Source of the DNA: Eledone cirrhosa
Lineage: Eukaryota
DNA length: 64,000 nucleotides
Assembly (NCBI GenBank): GCA_964016885.1
Contig: OZ024759.1
Location: 3,162,001-3,226,000, forward strand
Direction: 5' to 3'
Part shown: positions 45,061 through 57,861 of the stretch, one piece after another
Layout: every line of letters begins with the position of its first letter
Position numbering within the stretch: the first letter of the stretch is position 1
Notes under the pieces: model-generated
The model's input: the letters and a program-made list of their open reading frames with translations, nothing else
What the model was told of the DNA's origin: nothing
Databases searched by the model: none
Program-made: the position numbers and the translations under genes

Positions 45061-45253
45061 GAAATGGCTTCTACAGGACTAGAACTTTTTCATTCAGGAA
45101 AAATCATCAGTAAGCTCATGATTCCTGATGATTTCTCCTGAATCAAAACAGTTCTAGTTCTGTAGAAGCCATTTCTATATTAAATATTTATACTCTGCTA
45201 TGTATGGAGTACCTTACTTACTGTGGTTACCCCCGATTGAACCTGGGATAAAC
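45061..45253 (+). mobile_element. Second copy of the 30101 mini fold-back HHR element, degenerate
   Basis: Palindrome 45061-45175 with CTGATGA on both strands, same tail (TATACTCTGC..GAGTACCTTACTTACTGTGGTTACC), (TA)n flanks. A third single-arm fragment lies at 35251-35300. Confidence 0.8.
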
Positions 45254-45559
45254 ATATATATATATATATATATATTTATAGATGAGTTGAGAGAGAAACT
45301 GTGTATAAGAGGGATAAGTTGTAGTGTGCGAGAGAGAAGACTGCGATGGTATGGACATGTGATGTGCATGGAGGATGACCACTGGGTAAAGAAGTGCAAA
45401 GAAATCCCTAGAAGGAAGATGCAGTAGAGGAAGACCACGAAAAACATGGCGGAGGTGGTGAGAGCAGACCTGAAGCTCACGGAGTAGATGACAAAGGACC
45501 GTAACAAGTGGAGAGATGCTGTGCTGAATAGGACCCATCCCACCCTTGCAAGCAGGAGG

Positions 45560-47520
45560 TGTTCAAGATTGCGAGGCAGTGTGTCAGAGAGAATTGTGAT
45601 GTCGTTGGAGAGAAGTGTATCCAGAATGATGAAGGTGAGCTTGCCCTCACAAGTGCTGAGAAGAAAGATGCGTTGAAGAGCCATTATGAAAGATTACTAA
45701 ATGAAAATGCATAGGAAAAAGAGACCCTACCCTAAGTGGACCCTATAGAAGGGCCAGCAGTACAAGTCAGCAGCAGCGTAGTAAGTAAGGCAATTAAAGA
45801 TATGAAGACGGGAAAGGCAACTGGACCATTGGGCATTGCTGCCGAGATGCTGAAGGCATCTGGGTCGGTAGGGCACACTATAACCACACGTATTGTTAAC
45901 CAGGTAATACTAGGTGTCATACCAAAAGATTGGTGCAGTAGCATCATTGTCAACTGCTACAAAGGTAAAGGAGATGCACTAGATAGAGGAAACTATAGCG
46001 GTATAAAGCTGATGGACCAGGACATAAAAGTAACGGAAAGAGTTATAGCACAGTTGATTAGGGACCGGATAAAACTAGATGAGATGCAATTTGGGTTTGT
46101 GCCAGGAAAAGGCACCACTGATGCCCTCTTCCTTTGAGGCAGTTACAGGAAAAGTACCAAGCTAAAAGTAAGCCACTGTACCTGGCATTCGTCGATCTCG
46201 AGAAAGCCTTTGACAGAGTTCCACGTGCTGTAATCTGGTGGGCTCTTAGAAAACTAGGAGTCAGCAAAGTTAGGGTTAGCAATGAATATAGCAAAGAATT
46301 TAGCATACAGGTCGGTGTCCACCAGGGCTCTGTTCTTAGCCCTGTTCTGTTCATTATAGTTTTGCAGGTAATAACAGATGAGTTTAAGACTGGATGCCCA
46401 TGGGAACTCCTGTATGCAGATGACCTCGCACTTATAGCTGAATCTATGGTAGAACTAGAGAAGAAATTCCAAACATGGAAGCAGGGACTAGAAAAAAAGT
46501 TTCTCAAAGACTAAGGTCCTCGTAAGTAGACGAGAAAAAAGAACTCAGGGAAATGGCCTTGCTCAGTCTGTAGGAAAGGTGTAGGTAGGAACTCCATCCT
46601 CAGCCCCAAACAAGCACCACCAAACTCTGGGAGGGCTCTGTAGAAACAGTACACAGCTTCTGCTACCTAGGTGATCGAATTAGCAGCGGAGGTCGGTGTT
46701 CGGAAAGTACAATAACTAGGGTAAGAACAGGATGGAAGAAGTTCAGGGAGCTACTGCCACTGCTAGCTGCAAAAGGCTTTTCCCTCAAAATGAAAGGCAG
46801 ACTGTATGATGTGTGTATACGAACGGCAATGTTACATGGTAGTGAGACCTGGGTGCTGTCTGTAGAAGACTTGTGTAGATTAGAAAGAGACGAAGCCTGC
46901 ATGCTCTGATGAATGTGTAATAGTAATATACGCGAACGGCAAAGCATAAACGAATTGAGAGAGAGAGACTGGACATAAGAGGAATCAAATGCTGTGTGCA
47001 GGAGAGGAGGTTGTGTTGGTATGGACATGTGATGCGTATGAAGGATGACAGCTGCATAAAAAGGTGCAGAGCACTAGAAGTCGATGCAAGCCGCAGAGTG
47101 GGGGGACCCAAGATGACCTGGGATGAGGTGATAAAAGCCGACCTTACTCAATTGCACTTCTCAAAGGCAATAACACAGGACCGTGACCTCTGGCGTCACG
47201 CAGTAATTCAGAAGACCCGACTTCCCACGGGTACAAACTGAAGCATATCAACAATATGTCCCCACCCCTCCCACTGCAAAGTGGTCGTGGAGGTGCCACG
47301 GCCAAAAAGTACCCAGCCCACACTGTAAAGTGGACATGTAGGCACCATGGAAAAAAAGCACCCAGCACTCACTGTAAATGAGGTTGGTGTTAGGAAGGGC
47401 ATCCAGCTGTAGAAATCAAGCCAGAATCAATTCCCGTATGGACAAGGTCAGCCAACAGGACAACCCGTCTAACCCATGCTAGTATGGAAGAACAGATGTA
47501 AAACGGTGATGATGATGATT
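45560..47520 (+). mobile_element. RTE LINE, 5'-truncated decayed RT with 3' UTR and (GAT)n tail
   Basis: KGKGDALDRGNYSGIKL, MQFGFVPGKGTTDA, FVDLEKAFDRVPR, GVHQGSVLSP, LLYADDL, RRLCWYGHV. Confidence 0.9.
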
Positions 47521-48399
47521 ATATATATATAATGTATTATATATACATGCATGTTATTATTGTTATCTGTCATGAGATATAATATAAAGATAAGATGGGA
47601 AGCCTGGTACCAGCTAATTGGAGTGGCTGTAACAGATGTATTGCAGTAAATCAAATTAATTAATAATACGTTAGTCAAAAATGTTTCTCACTTCAACCAA
47701 TTAGTATCAAATTACTGTCTGAACTCTTTTGTGCTCTTCTCTCTCTCTCTCGTGCTCTTTTCTCTCTCTAGTGCTCCTCGCTCTCTAGTGCTCCTCTCTC
47801 TCTCTCGTGCTCTTCTTTCTCTCTCTATCTCCAGTGCTCCTCTCTCTCTCTCTCTATCTCTCTCTCTTGCTTTCTAGTGCTCCTCTCTTTCGTGCTCTCT
47901 CTCTTCTCCTCTTTCTATTGCCTTCCCCCCTCCTCTCTCTAGTAATTTACACTACATTGTATTAGAAAGGAAGGCAGACTGTATGATGTATACGAACAAC
48001 AATGTTGCACGACAGTGAGACCTGGGCCCTGTGTGGAGGACCTGGGCTGGCAAAGAATGGCTGACAAAGGTCTTGCTGAGTGATGCCAAGACACCCTTGG
48101 CCTTCTTGACAATTTTAGAGATATGCTTCCATCATCATCATCATCGTTTAACATCTATCTTCCATGCTAGCATGGGTTAAACAGGTTTGTCCCACTTGAG
48201 GCAAGATGACCGCGTCTTTCTTGTACAGAACTGTATCTGGCAGGTTTTCTACGGCTGGATTACCTTCCTAACACCAACCATATTTACAGTGTGGACTGGG
48301 TGCTTTTTACCATGTCTCCTACATGACCACTTTTCAGCGTGGACTGGGTACTTTTAGTGGTGACACATACACGACCTCTTTACTGTCGGGTCACTCTCG

Positions 48400-48841
48400 A
48401 GTGCTACTAGTAACATGTAACCCAGTACAAATGGTTGGGTCATTGGCGACTAAATCACCCTCCTCACCAAGTTTACTTGGTGAGGAGGGTGATTTGGGAT
48501 ACCCTGCAGGACAAAAAACAAAACCTGATAAAGAGCAGAAGAATTCATAAGAATCAACGGCCATCTAAAAAAAAAAAATCCTGCCAAATCAATGGGTGGC
48601 AATAGTTCCAGCTGCACGCATTGAAAGACTGGTGTAGAACAATGCGGCTTTGCAGATGTTCAATGCATATTGACAATGGAAAGCCGCTCCCGCTCGAGTT
48701 AAAAGAGAACTATTGACCTTCAGGAGAAGCAGCAACCAAAACAAATATGAAGTACACCAAATCCAATGTTCCTAGGGGTGGCCCTGGTTCTTCTTATTTG
48801 TGAGTGTAAACTCGGTCAGATTAGATTAGATTAGATTAGAT
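48400..48841 (+). mobile_element. Probable LINE-5'UTR-derived short element with a 21-bp hairpin and (GATTA)n tail
   Basis: Hairpin AAATCACCCTCCTCACCAAGT-TT-ACTTGGTGAGGAGGGTGATTT (48452-48495); tail CAGATTAGATTAGATTAGATTAGAT. Inserted into an RTE 3' repeat array. Confidence 0.45.
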
Positions 48842-48944
48842 ACAGTGTGGACTGGGTGCTTTTTGTTGTGCTACACAACTTTACAGAGTGGACTGAGTGT
48901 TTTTTGTCATGACACCTACATGACCACTTTACAGTGTGCTTTGT

Positions 48945-49965
48945 CCAACCAGAGTGAGATCGGGTTGGAGAAAATTCAGGGAGCTACTACCGTTACTAAC
49001 TACAAAAGGTTTTTCTCTCAAAATGAAAGGCAGACTGCATGATGCATGTATATGAGCAACAATGTTGCACAGCAGGATGACTTGGGCACTGTGTGCTGAG
49101 GACCTCTGAAGATTGGAAAGAAATGAAGCCTCCATGCTTCACTGGATGTGCAATAGCAATATACGTGAACGGCAAAGTATAAATACACTGCGTGAGAAAT
49201 TAGGCTTAAGATGAGGGTATGGATATGTGATGTGTATGAAGGATGACAGCTGTATAATAAGGTGCAGAGCACTGAAAGTCGATGGTAGCTGTGGTGTGGG
49301 CAGCCCTAGGAAGATTTGGGATGAGGTAATAAAAGCTGACCTTACACAATTACACCTCTCAAAGGCAATGACTCAGGACTCTGGCGCTATGCAGTTTTAC
49401 GAAAGACCCGCCCTCTATTATTCTCAGGGTGAGGCTTATACCTAGTAGGCAACGCTTTCCTCAACCTACTATCCCCTCTCTACCACCCCACTTAGCGGTA
49501 ACCATACCTCCCCTACTACCCTGACCACATCTCCCCCCCCCCCCAAGCCCCTCCACCCTCCCTAGTCCACACTGTGTTATGTCGGTGACACAACAAAGGT
49601 TCCCAGTCTACATTGTAAAGAACATCCAGCCCACATTGTAAAGTGATCATGTAGGTGTCACGGCAAAAAGCACCCAGTCCACACTAAATGTGGTTGGCGG
49701 TAGGTAGGGCATCCAGCCGTAGAAAACCAGCCCCAAAACACCCAGCCCACACTGTTAAGTGGATGTGTAAAAGACACAGCAAAAAGCACCAAGTCCACAC
49801 TGTCTATGTTGTTGGCGTTAGGAAGGGCATCCAGCCATAGAAAACCAGCCAGAAACTCTCCTATATGAGCGAGTCATGGTCACCCAACCCAAGTTGCCTC
49901 AAATTGAAACAAACCCGCCTAACCCATGCTAGCGTGGAAGATAGACATTAATCGACAATGATGAT
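48945..49965 (+). mobile_element. RTE LINE 3' fragment with long 3' UTR
   Basis: IGLEKIQGATT..., GSPRKIWDEVIKADL; UTR homologous in inverted orientation to 43858-44655. Confidence 0.8.
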
Positions 49966-50119
49966 ATGACATTGTGATGTTCCAGATACAGTACACCAAG
50001 ATATAAATTTATAGGGAAAGAGTCTGATTTTTGTTTACAAGCAAGTGACAACTGTGAATGTTTCCACCTATTAGACCTCATTATAGTACAGTCTAAGCAA
50101 GCTTGTAATTCAATATATA

Positions 50120-50967
50120 CGAGGTGTGTCAGAAAAGTTCCAGGACTGTGGTCACAAAAGATTTATTTCAAACCCAAACTTCACACTAAGAGTTTTCTTT
50201 TTCAAAGTAGTCCCCCTGGAGTATGTAACTGTAATCTTAACTCTCTGCAGCGATCAAACTTTTTTCTTCATAATTTTATATACATGTCCTCTGTTTCAGG
50301 TTGTTAAGCAATGAGCACAGAGCAACGAACAAACTTGAAAACTCCATCAGAAGCACTGGGATTGCTGAGGCAAGTGTATGGAGATGAGACGATGTCACGC
50401 TCACGTGTTTTTGAGTGGTGCAAGAGGTTTAAAGAAGGATGCGAGGATGTGGAAGATGACCCCAGGAGCGGAAGGCCCTCAACAACCAGGACTGAGGTCA
50501 ACGTTGAGCGCGTCAGGCAGATGGTGCATAGCGATCGTCGGCTGACTGTTCGACTGATGGCAAATGAGCTGGGCTTGAATCGGGACAGCGTCTGGAAGAT
50601 TCTCACTGAAGATTTTGACATGTGGAAAGTCTGCGCAAAGATGGTGCCAAAACTGCTGAATGATGACCAGAAGGGTCGACGCATGCAAGTGTGCCAGGAC
50701 ATTCTCGAGCGTCTTGAAACCGAACGAGTACGACCTGGAGGGGACCCGTTTTGAAGACGTGGACAACATCAAAAAGGCTGTAACGACGGAACTGCAGAGG
50801 ATCCCGGAAGAATCCTTCCAGGAGTGCATGCAAGTGTGGCAGAAAAGGATGGAAAGTGCATTAGACTCCAGGGGGATTACTTTGAAGGAGAAAACTCTTA
50901 GTGTGAAGTTTGGGTTTGAAATAAATCTTTTGTGACATCAGTCCTGGAACTTTTCTGACCCACCTCG
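50120..50967 (+). mobile_element. Mariner transposon, internally deleted, about 100-bp TIRs, TA TSD
   Basis: TA-CGAGGTGTGTCAGAAAAGTTCCAGGACTG...CAGTCCTGGAACTTTTCTGACCCACCTCG-TA; HTH region VFEWCKRFKEG..DDPRSGRP and KVCAKMVPKLL. Confidence 0.92.
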
Positions 50968-51711
50968 TATATGACTTGTTGGTGTCCAAATGAATAAATT
51001 ATTGCTACACACTCACATACACTCTTATACATACACTAAGACAGACACACAGACATACATTCATGCAGACACACGCATAGCTTTTCACCTCATTTTTGAT
51101 CAGTTGCTACATATGTGTAGATGTGTGTGTGTATTTAATAATGTACCAAATGAATGAACACACACAGACACATATATATCCATATACAAAATGTGTTGTG
51201 GTTGTGTTGTTTTCTATTGTTTTAATCCAAATGAAAATAAAAATTATCACACATATACTCCCACACACAGATACACTCACACATTCCCTACAGATACACT
51301 CACACATGTATCTGTATGTGTAGATATGTGTGTTTAATTCTAATGTTAAAATAAAAATTGTCACGCATACACTCACACACACATATACTCTCACATACAT
51401 ATACTAAGACAGACACACAGAGACATACATTCACACGGGCACCTATTACTTGTGTAGATGTGTGTGTGTGAAGATAATGTGTATATGTATGTGTAGATAT
51501 GTGTTTCATTCTCTGAGGCCCAACGTACGTAACAAACTCGCAAACACACACACTTACAGACACATACACACTCATATACAAAATGTGATGTTATGGTGGT
51601 GGTGGTTTACTATAGTTCACTATAGAAAGCTTATTTTAGATAAAATGTTATATTGTTTTAATCCAAATGAAAATAAAAATTACATGTTGACACTCCCGGC
51701 GTCTAATACTA

Positions 51712-54700
51712 TCTATCTATCTATATACTACTAAAACTCTGATCTTGCGTGCTTGCTTGCTTGGCTGTTATGTAATACAGCCAAAAGGGCGCATAATGGT
51801 TAAATACTTTGAAAGCAAGTTGCCTCTGAAATGGGAATACAAATTGAATAAAACAAGTTTCGCGAAAATCTGACCCCGGGTTCACGAGATTCGCGGGTTT
51901 TGGGGGTACCTTCGTAAATAGCCACAACGGTGCATACTCGGAAAATACCTCGAAATTAACATAACCCGCAAAACTTCGTAAATAGCCAAAACATTGCATA
52001 ATGAGAAAATACTCTGAATAAAACAAGTTTGGCGTAAATCGCACATGGACAATATTTTCAATTTTCCAAAAATAGCAAGGAATTCATTTAAATTCAATTT
52101 ATCTTATTTTATAATGAATATCGAAAGAAATAATCCGTTTGTTTTTTGGTTGTCCATTCTGTAGGTAAGAGAGACAGAGAGGGGGTGAGAGTGAGGGGAT
52201 GAGAGAGAGAGGGGAGATTACAGATAGGGAAAGAGACTTTTATTTATTTTAAGTCTCCCCCTATCCATAAAGTTATTTCTTTCTCTCTCTTTCACAGTTA
52301 TACTGCCACCGTGTGTATCTGTATGTCTATGTGTGCCAGTGCATGTGTTTACGTACTTAGAGACATGTGTATGTGTGTGTAACAGTACTTAAGTTAGAGA
52401 CACATATATATATATATATATATATATTTGTGTGTGTGTGTGTGTGTGTGTGTAGGATACCTTCGTAAATAGCCAAAACGGTGCATAATGAAAAAATAGC
52501 ACTGTAAGTGATATAACCATGAAATGGGGATAAAACAGGTTTGACGTAAATCGACATAAAAATATTTCTCGAATGATGAAAATAGTTTAATAGTTTAATT
52601 GCTTACGTTCTGACAGTCGAATATCAAAAGCGAGGTCTTCCTCATGTACACTGTTTGATATGGCTCAATGAAGCCTCCAAGCCCAGACCGCAGGAATATG
52701 ATAAATTTGTTCAAGCCAAAACACCAGATCCAAACAAAGATCCCTAGGGTCATGAATTGGTGCTGAAGCACATGATCCACGGTCCAATATGTTCTAACAA
52801 TTCGCCGTGTTGGAAAGATGGAACGTGCAGTAAGCCGTACCCTAAGCCTTCCAGTGAATATACATTGTGTGGAGAGGACTCTTATTCTGTGTACAGAAGA
52901 CAGTCTGCAGGAATGGGAGGATTTGAGGGGCACCAAGAAGGAAGAGGAAGCCAAAATATAACTTTGGAATGGGTGGTTCCCTACAATATGAAACTATTAA
53001 AACTGTTCAACTGCCACCTAGACATAGAGATGTGCTCTTCCGTGACATCGATCAATTAAGTTATCAAATATACCATGAAGGGCAGTGATCAGGCAATGTT
53101 TGGAGTGAACAGGGAAGATGAGATAATACAGTATTTAACCGGAAGATATATTGGTCCTTCAGAAGCTGTTGGCTTGGTACTTGGATTTCCAATTCATGAG
53201 AGAGAACCGGCCGTAGTTCGCCTTCAAGTTCATCTACCTGAGGAAAATCAAATCTTCTTTCGGGTCAATGCTGCTGTTAAAGTAAACAATAACATGACGA
53301 CTCTGACTGAGTTCATGGCTCTTTGCGATCGCGATCCGTTTGCTAAAACATTGTATTATGCCGATGTGCCAAAGTTTTACACTTGGAGTAATAAGAGATG
53401 GGAAAGGAGAAAGGTGGGGAAAACAGTTGAGCAGTATCCAGGGATTTTTGAGGCGAACGTTTTGGGACAAGTATACACTGTTTCTCCACGAAGTGGTGAC
53501 TTGTACTATTTAAGACTCCTTCTGTATCAACTCTTTGAAAATGTGTGATGGAGAACTCCTGCCATTATTCAAAGATGTCTGCAAAGAGAAAGGTTTGCTT
53601 CAATCGGATGATCATTGGCAGCAGACTCTGGAAGATGCTGAGCGAACAAGGCTTCCCAAAGCCATGAGAGATCTATTCATCGTGCTCCTCACAAATACGG
53701 AAATTGACAATTCCAGTGCTTTATGGGCTCAATTTAAGCATTCGCTGTCTGAGGATTACCTTCAAATAGAAAAAAGGGCTACCAGAAACTCTAACCTATT
53801 GATTAGCGAGAGACATTATGATCAATGTCTTCTGTATTTTGAAGACAAACTTAACGACCTGGGCAAGTTAAAGTCTTAGTGACTTTAACTTGCCAAGGTC
53901 AAATAATATTGTTGCTAATCAGGATATTGGCAATTTGGAGTTATTGCCGCAACACTGATGCCTGGTGGAAGAACAGTGCATTCTAGGTTCAAAATACCGA
54001 TAGTAGTGAAAGAAAATGGTCTGTGCAACATTGATAAAAACTCAAAAGACGGCAAACCTACAAGGCTGATTGTTTGGGATGAGTGTCCTATGATTCGGAG
54101 GGAAAGCTTCGAAGCTGTTGACCTCACTCTGCGTGACATATGTGACAACAATGAAGCATTCGGTGGAATTTTGACAATATGCTGTGGCGATTTCCGTCAG
54201 CTTCTTCCGGTAGTGAAAAGGGGAAATGAAGTGGACGTGGAAAACGCCTGCATTAAAAAATCCTACTTATGGCGAAGCTTCAAATGATTTCAGTTGAAGA
54301 CAAACATGCGATTGGGTGGGGGAGCAGGAGACTATTCTCAGTTCCTATTGGATATTGGAGAAGATAAGATAAAAAAAACAGAAAATGAGGAAATTATTTT
54401 GCCAAAAGAAATGGTTCTCCAAGCAACAACTATGGAAGAATGTATTGATTTCATCTACCCCTCATTCGACAATCCAGCTGAAGTGTTTTCGAACAATTGC
54501 ATCTTAGTACCTCTCAATGGAATGATGAGAAGCATCAATTCCACTTGTATCAGACGCTTCCCTGGAACCATAAAATAGTACCGATCCTATAATTCTATGC
54601 GTGATGGTGCCAATGCCACTCATTTCCCGACTGAATTCCTTGATTCGGTTGAACTATCAGGACTGCCACCACATAACCTGGAATTGAAAAAAGGATCACG

Positions 54701-55888
54701 AATAATTCTTATGTGAAACTTGAATCCTCCAAGGCTTTGTAATGGAACGCGCATGATCGTGGAAGAACTGCACGACAATCTCATAGTAGCAAGAATCAAC
54801 ACTGCTGCTTTCAGAAATGAGATCGTTATGATACCTAGAATAAGAATTAATCTATCCGAAGGTGAGGATATCCCTTTGCAGCGAAGCCAATTCCCAGTTC
54901 AATCGTGCGTCGCTATGACTATTCATAAAACACAAGGACAAACTATGGAAAACGTCTTCGTTTATCTGGAACGACCTGTATTCCAACACGGTCAACTATA
55001 TGTAGCCCTTAGCCGCGGAAAACGAAAAGAAAATGTCAGAGTGTTTCTGAAGGACACCCAGTCAACTAAGAATGTTGTCATCAAAAGCATTCTTTTGAAC
55101 AAACTGTAACAGCGTAAATATGAGAAAATGTTGATTCCGACGTCAGAAAATGAAAGGAAAAGGAAAAACTAAGACAAGTAAGATTAATTTCTTTCAAATT
55201 TTTGTCAATAAAACCAGTTTTTCATTAACATTGCAACTTTTTAAGCAGAAAAATATTTTAGAACAAACAGTCAAGCATCCATAGAGATATAGAAAAAAGA
55301 ATTTTGAAGTGGAGTGATTGGATTAGTGAAATTTGATTTGATATTTTCTTTGTGAAAAGACAAGTTTCGCGTAAATCGGACCACTGGATCCCGAGATACG
55401 CGGGTTTTTTCGGGTACCTTTATAAATAACCAAATCAGCGCATAATGGGAAAATTCTTTGAAAGTAAGGTACCATTGAAATGTGAATACAAACGCAGATA
55501 GTGGTTGTGAGAGAGAGAGAGGGAGAGAGCTGGTGGTGTTGTTGAATGAAATTATGACTGGTGACTTCAAAGAATTGAATACAGCATTACTGTATCTAGC
55601 TTGAATTTGGTGACTGAATATTAAGTTATATTAAGTTATAACTTGTGTTAGGACAGGATGTATGTGTGTGTGTGTCTGTAACCAGTGTATATAGACCACA
55701 GACACCCACACACACAAACATATATATATATATACACGTACATATACACACACACATACACGTATATATTATATATATATATATCGGCTTTCCAATGTCA
55801 TTTTACATTATATACATTTTGTGTATATTTTAATTATTTAAAAATTATTTTTAAGTGAACATGACCCAACGGGTCACAGGTGGTCTAG
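51712..55888 (+). mobile_element. Helitron, decayed autonomous element (Rep-helicase pseudogene about 52600-55109)
   Basis: 5' TCTAT..ACTACTAAAAC; 3' hairpin TGACCCAACGGGTCA plus CTAG|T. RepHel motifs HGPIC, VVPYN, KGSD, RYIGPSEA, GGRTVHSRFKIP, WDECPM, GDFRQLLPVV, AMTIHKTQGQT, HGQLYVALSR. Confidence 0.92.
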
Positions 55889-56200
55889 TATACTACTAAA
55901 ACTCTGTGATTGCTTGCTTGCTTGTCTGTAACGTAATACAGCCAAAAGGGCGCATAATGGGGAAAGACTTTGAATGGAAGTTGTCCCTGAAATGGGAATA
56001 CAAATGGAATAAAACAAGTTTCGCATGAATCAGACCACGGGTTCCTGAGATATGGGGTTTTCTGGGTACCTTTATAAACAGAGAGAGAAGGATAGAAAGA
56101 AAGAGATAGTGGTTGTGAGAGAGTAGATTGAAAGAGAGACAGAGAAGGAGAATGGAAGAAAGAAAGAGAGAGAGCTGGTGGTGGTGTTGTGTATATATAT
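55889..56200 (+). mobile_element. Helitron 5'-end fragment fused head-to-tail to the previous 3' end
   Basis: TATATACTACTAAAACTCTG..GCTTGCTTG..GTAATACAGCCAAAAGGGCGCATAATG repeats 51722-51800. Confidence 0.75.
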
Positions 56201-56390
56201 GAGTGTAATACTATTCCTTTGTAAAATTTGATTTGATTTGGTCTGGCTGTTAGAGAATGCATAGGAACAAACAGATAGACAGAGAGAGACAAATAATTTT
56301 ATATAGAGAGAGATGTTTCCGTCATTTCAATTGGTACCGATTGTATGCTTATTTTGGGGCTATATTTAAACATTTTATATTTTCATTCAG

Positions 56391-56474
56391 GTCAAAATGG
56401 AAGCATTTCATAAACTCTATGACGATCTGGAGAATTTTATATATAGAGAGTTGAATAAAGAAAGATTATTTTAG
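56391..56474 (+). pseudogene. Partial duplicate of the first Hv1 coding exon (acceptor, ATG and 12 codons, then divergent; 25-aa ORF)
   Basis: TTTTCATTCAG|GTCAAAATGGAAGCATTTCATAAACTCTATGACGATCTGGAGAA copies 56712-56765; ORF MEAFHKLYDDLENFIYRELNKERLF*. Confidence 0.75.
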
Positions 56475-56728
56475 GTAAAATGTTATATTGTTTTAATCCA
56501 AATGAAAATAAAAATTACATGTTGACACTCCCGGGGTCTGATACTATTACCTTGTAAAATTTGATTTGATTTGGTCGAGAGAATGCATAGGAACAGAGAA
56601 ACAGACAGAGAGACAAAGAATTTTATATATGTAGAGATGTTCATTTGCATTGATACGATTGTATGCTTATTTTGGGGGTACAATTTTTAATGTATATTTA
56701 AACAATTTATATTTTCATTCAGGTCAAA

Positions 56729-57227
56729 ATGGAAGGGTTTCATAAACTCCATGACGATCTGGAGAAGGTGATTGAGAAAGAAGATTCAAATAGTTCCGTT
56801 ACTACTGATTCAGATGAAGCCAAACAAGAATTTCACACAATCCGCGAACAGATCAGTCACTTGATTCACACAAATATATTCCAAATTGGAATCATATGCC
56901 TTGTCTTTCTCGACTGTCTGTTAGTAATATCAGAACTTCTGCTAGATTTAGAAATACTTCAACTACACAATTATGACAAACTGGCTGTAGCTTTGATCCT
57001 GCGTTATGCCAGCTTATCTATTTTGGGAGTCTTCCTCTTGGAAATTGCTGTCAGGTTATATGCTTTAAGACTGGATTTCTTCCGACATAAGATGGAAATG
57101 TTCGATGCAGTTGTTGTAATAGCTTCATTTGTGTTAGATATTGTATTTAGACAACATGATGGACCCGAGAGTGGTGTCGGTCTTTTAATTGTGCTTAGAT
57201 TATGGAGAATGACTAGGATTTTGAATG
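56729..57227 (+). CDS. HVCN1: Voltage-gated proton channel Hv1, coding exon 1 (N-terminus, S1-S4)
   Basis: Four TM helices. S1 LVFLDCLLVISELLLDL carries the selectivity Asp; S2 F..EI; S3 FDAVVVIASFVLD; S4 LRLWRMTRILNG (RxWRxxR). Acceptor AG at 56721-56722; donor G|GTAAGT at 57228, phase 1. Confidence 0.93.
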
Positions 57228-57269
57228 GTAAGTATGATTTTTACAATTATTTAAATATTTGGTGGAATC

Positions 57270-57722
57270 ATCATCATCATCATCATTTTATGTCTGCTTT
57301 TCCCTGCTTCGATGGGTCCTATTCAACACAGCATCTCTCCAGTCGTCACGGTCCTTCATCATCTCCTCTGTGAGCTTTTTTACCGTGACACCTACATGAC
57401 CACTTTACAGTGTGGATTGTGTGTTTTTTTGTTGTCACCAAAATGACCACTTTACAGTGTGGATTGTGTGTTTTTTTGTTGTGTCACCAACATGACCACT
57501 TTACAGTGTGGACTGGGTACTTTTTTGTCGTGACACCTACACGACTAGTTTACAGTGGGTGGGGGTGGGGGCATATTGTCTAAATGCTTCATCTTCAGCT
57601 TGTAGCCGTGGGAAGTTGTGACTTCTGTATTACTGCGTAACACCAGAGATCTCAGTTCTGTGTCATTGCCTTTGAGAGGTGGAATTGGGCAAGGTCAGCT
57701 TTTATCACCCCATTCCAGGTCT
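57270..57722 (-). mobile_element. RTE 3'-end fragments in the Hv1 intron
   Basis: (CAT)n tail, ACCACTTTACAGTGTGG repeats and GCCTTTGAGAGG..AAGGTCAGCTTTTATCACC as in the other RTE copies. Confidence 0.75.
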
Positions 57723-57861
57723 TGTTTCAGCCATTTAAAGAGTCGTTTTAGTAGTTTTATTTCTTATAAAAGTGGTTTATAATGACCCACAGGAGCAGTA
57801 AATTGTGTGTATTTAAAAAAAATTTACGTATATATTTATGAGTAAAATTCCTCTCATTTAG

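Noticed and set aside
43858-49965. Large inverted repeat 43858-44655 / 49290-49965 as one fold-back element
   Set aside because: The copies are clearly diverged with different repeat counts, consistent with independent insertions of an abundant RTE family.
57228-57373. ORF-track extension of Hv1 (KYDFYNY...HHHHHH)
   Set aside because: Read-through into the intron past a strong GTAAGT donor; the His run is an RTE (CAT)n tail.
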